From Eledone cirrhosa (taxonomy: Eukaryota), in assembly GCA_964016885.1 (NCBI GenBank), contig OZ024749.1, positions 44,454,001 through 44,518,000 of the forward strand: a stretch of DNA of 64,000 bases, given 5' to 3'. Below, piece by piece: positions 61,966-64,000 of the stretch; the stretch's first letter is position 1, and the number at the start of each line of letters is the position of its first letter. The position numbers and the translations under genes are program-made. The notes below the pieces were generated by a model. The model did not search any database, was not told the origin of the DNA, and saw only the letters and a list, made by a program, of their open reading frames with translations.

Positions 61966-62058
61966 CGGAGAGAGAGGGAGGGGAAATGAAATAGACTGTC
62001 AGACAAAAGGAAACAGATAAATAGATAGATTGATCGATAGGTAGATAGATATATATCA

Positions 62059-62093
<35 letters not shown>

Positions 62094-62524
62094 CGATAAT
62101 CTTCAACATACATATTTTCAATCAGAGAAGAGCTGATATCTAATAGAAATTACACATTGATTTCCAAATCTCTATTTTCATATATTTTATTGAAGGGAAA
62201 TTAGAACCACAAAGTTATATGTTTCGTAACTAAAAATATATTGGCTTCAAACTGGAATTGAACCCGCAGCCCGCTGTTACGTCGCACATCTATTGTACGT
62301 ATATTCCTCAGGTAGTAGTTTTCAATATTTAATCTCTGAATAAGATCTTAATTGAGTTAAAACCGTTATGTTAAAGGCCTGCAGTATTGGCCTCCCCCAC
62401 CTCTTTTTCCTCCTCCTCATCCTCCTGATCATTCTTCTTCTTCTTCTTCTTCTTCTTCTTCTTCTTCTTCTTCTTCTTCTTCTTCTTCTTCTTCTTCTTC
62501 TTCTTCTTCTTCTTCTTCTTCTCC

Positions 62525-62830
62525 GCCGACTTATTCCCGGGGGAAGGTTAGGGACCTGAAACACGCCTTCTATTGAATCCTCTCAGAAACAAGCAAAAGT
62601 CTCCAATTGATCTGGCTGGATCCCCAAGAGAGATAAACCGAGCCCATGGATGTATCCAACCATCTTGCTCAGTATCTACTCTTGAGTCTCCTGCTGGTTG
62701 GTTTTTGCCCTTAAAATATGTCTTTCCTGAGACATTCTAATCACATGTCTGTATTATCAGAGCTCTGATATCTCAATTCGGTAAAATATCGGCTTTATCT
62801 GGAGCGACTCTCTAATCTCCGAACCACAAA
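62525..62830 (-). mobile_element. Degenerate RTE (Rex3/Expander-like) 3' end with (GAA)n tail
   Basis: Minus-strand fragments HVIRMSQER, PTSRRLKSRY*ARWLD and GLSLLGIQPDQLE, with stops and frameshifts. Confidence 0.65.
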
Positions 62831-63279
62831 CTCTATTGAGTGACGTTACTAAATATCATACAAGAGGGAGACCATTCTTTTTTCAGACTGGATTACAGTC
62901 GATGTCTTCGAGAGAATGAAATAGAGAGCTAGTGAAAGAGAGGGGGAAATAGAGATATGCAGAGAGGTGGAAAGAGGCAGCGAGAAATAAGTGATGCAGA
63001 GAAAATAGTGAAGAATCGACCTCGAAAGAATGAAAGGCAAATTTAATCGGAGAGCCATATCAATATTTTTTGTCAAGCCATGATCAACACGTTGTATTAT
63101 ATCCAGTATTGCAGTATCATTTCCCTCATGTATATTAATGTTTCTTACCATGTTTCCTATGAAAGAAGTTGCTTAAGTTATTTTGAAAATAACTTAAAAT
63201 ATGAAAGAAGTTTATAATCTAACTTCTTTTTAGTATTAAGTTAGATTTAGGGCATAACGTAAGAAAAATCCTCAAATAA

Positions 63280-63700
63280 AATTATGATGGAAGTTTTATT
63301 AGATAAATATAAACACTTTAAGATAAGTAGCTTTTTTTTTTTTATCACAGAACCAGTTAGGACTTCAGGCAGTTTAGAATCAAAAGCGTTAAGCTGGTGT
63401 CAGGAACATAGCTTGATGAAAATTAATAAAAGGTACTGAGATATAATTATGATGGAAGGTTTTTTAGATATATATAAACAATTTAAGATAAGTAGGTTCT
63501 TATCAGAGAACCAGTTGGTGTTTTCAGGCAGTTTCGAATCAAAGACGTTATGCTGTTGTCAGAAACATAGCTTGATAAAAATTACTGACAAAATATTATG
63601 ATAAAAAGAACTTCGATAAATACAAACAATTTGAAATAATCTGTTTTGTATCTCAGAATCAAAGAAAGTTTCGGGCGATTTACTATAAAGAGGATTTAAT
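63280..63700. repeat. ~150-165-bp unit, 3 diverged tandem copies
   Basis: ATTATGATGGAAG...AGAACCAGTT...TTCAGGCAGTTT...CGTTA at ~63281 and 63446, with a diverged copy at 63595. Confidence 0.75.
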
Positions 63701-64000
63701 ACGCCGTGGTGAAATTTAATGGAGATTCAAGGCTACTATTTCTAGCAAGATAAATAACTGCATAAATGGCTACCTTCCATTTTTTAGGGATTGGTGGGCG
63801 TGTATTATAATAGCTGTAACTGTTGTGATGATCGATGGTTTGTTGTTCTATGGTGAACTAATTAATAGTTGGCTGTTTGTGTAGACTGTATCGGTGGTCT
63901 CACATTTGTTCTGTGATGGATGTTTTCTTGTTCACCGACGGCGGGCTTTGTGGTGTCGTGTTATTGTTAGTTCCCATTCATTGTTAGATACGTCTCTGAC

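Noticed and set aside
62215-62285. GTAAC/GTTAC stem plus GAAACATATA on the minus strand
   Set aside because: No CTGANGA-like box and no stem I
63380-63392. piggyBac-like terminus (TCAAAAGCGTTAA) in the 63.3-kb repeat
   Set aside because: Only one degenerate end is visible, with no matching opposite TIR

Overview
AT-rich animal genomic DNA dominated by microsatellites ((TA)n, (CA)n, (GA)n, (CATA)n, (CTAT)n, (GAT)n, (CAC)n, (ACT)n) and short interspersed repeats. From memory, the repeat repertoire resembles octopus or another coleoid cephalopod; this is unverified inference. Almost all ORFs in the track are microsatellite artefacts. The real coding remnants are two RTE-type LINE 3' ends, one L1/Tx1-type ORF2 C-terminus and one possible host exon ending in PLDLSI*. 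The main hidden signal is about 13 type-I hammerhead-ribozyme (HHR) motifs from at least 7 sequence families, read by eye. They sit in short unique segments between (TA)n tracts, and several have the palindromic stem III typical of Penelope-like-element (PLE) HHRs. Notable points: (i) two unrelated motifs carry the compensatory U3-A8 core; (ii) motifs recur as divergent 'tail-out' pairs, including pairs from different families; (iii) seven motifs cluster in 1.2 kb at 41.2-42.4 kb; (iv) a 7-copy hairpin family looks like a hammerhead whose CUGANGA strand was replaced by the reverse complement of its GAAA/stem III/GUC strand. A candidate HDV-like fold marks the 5' end of an RTE-like non-autonomous element. 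All folds were paired manually and no ribozyme activity is demonstrated.
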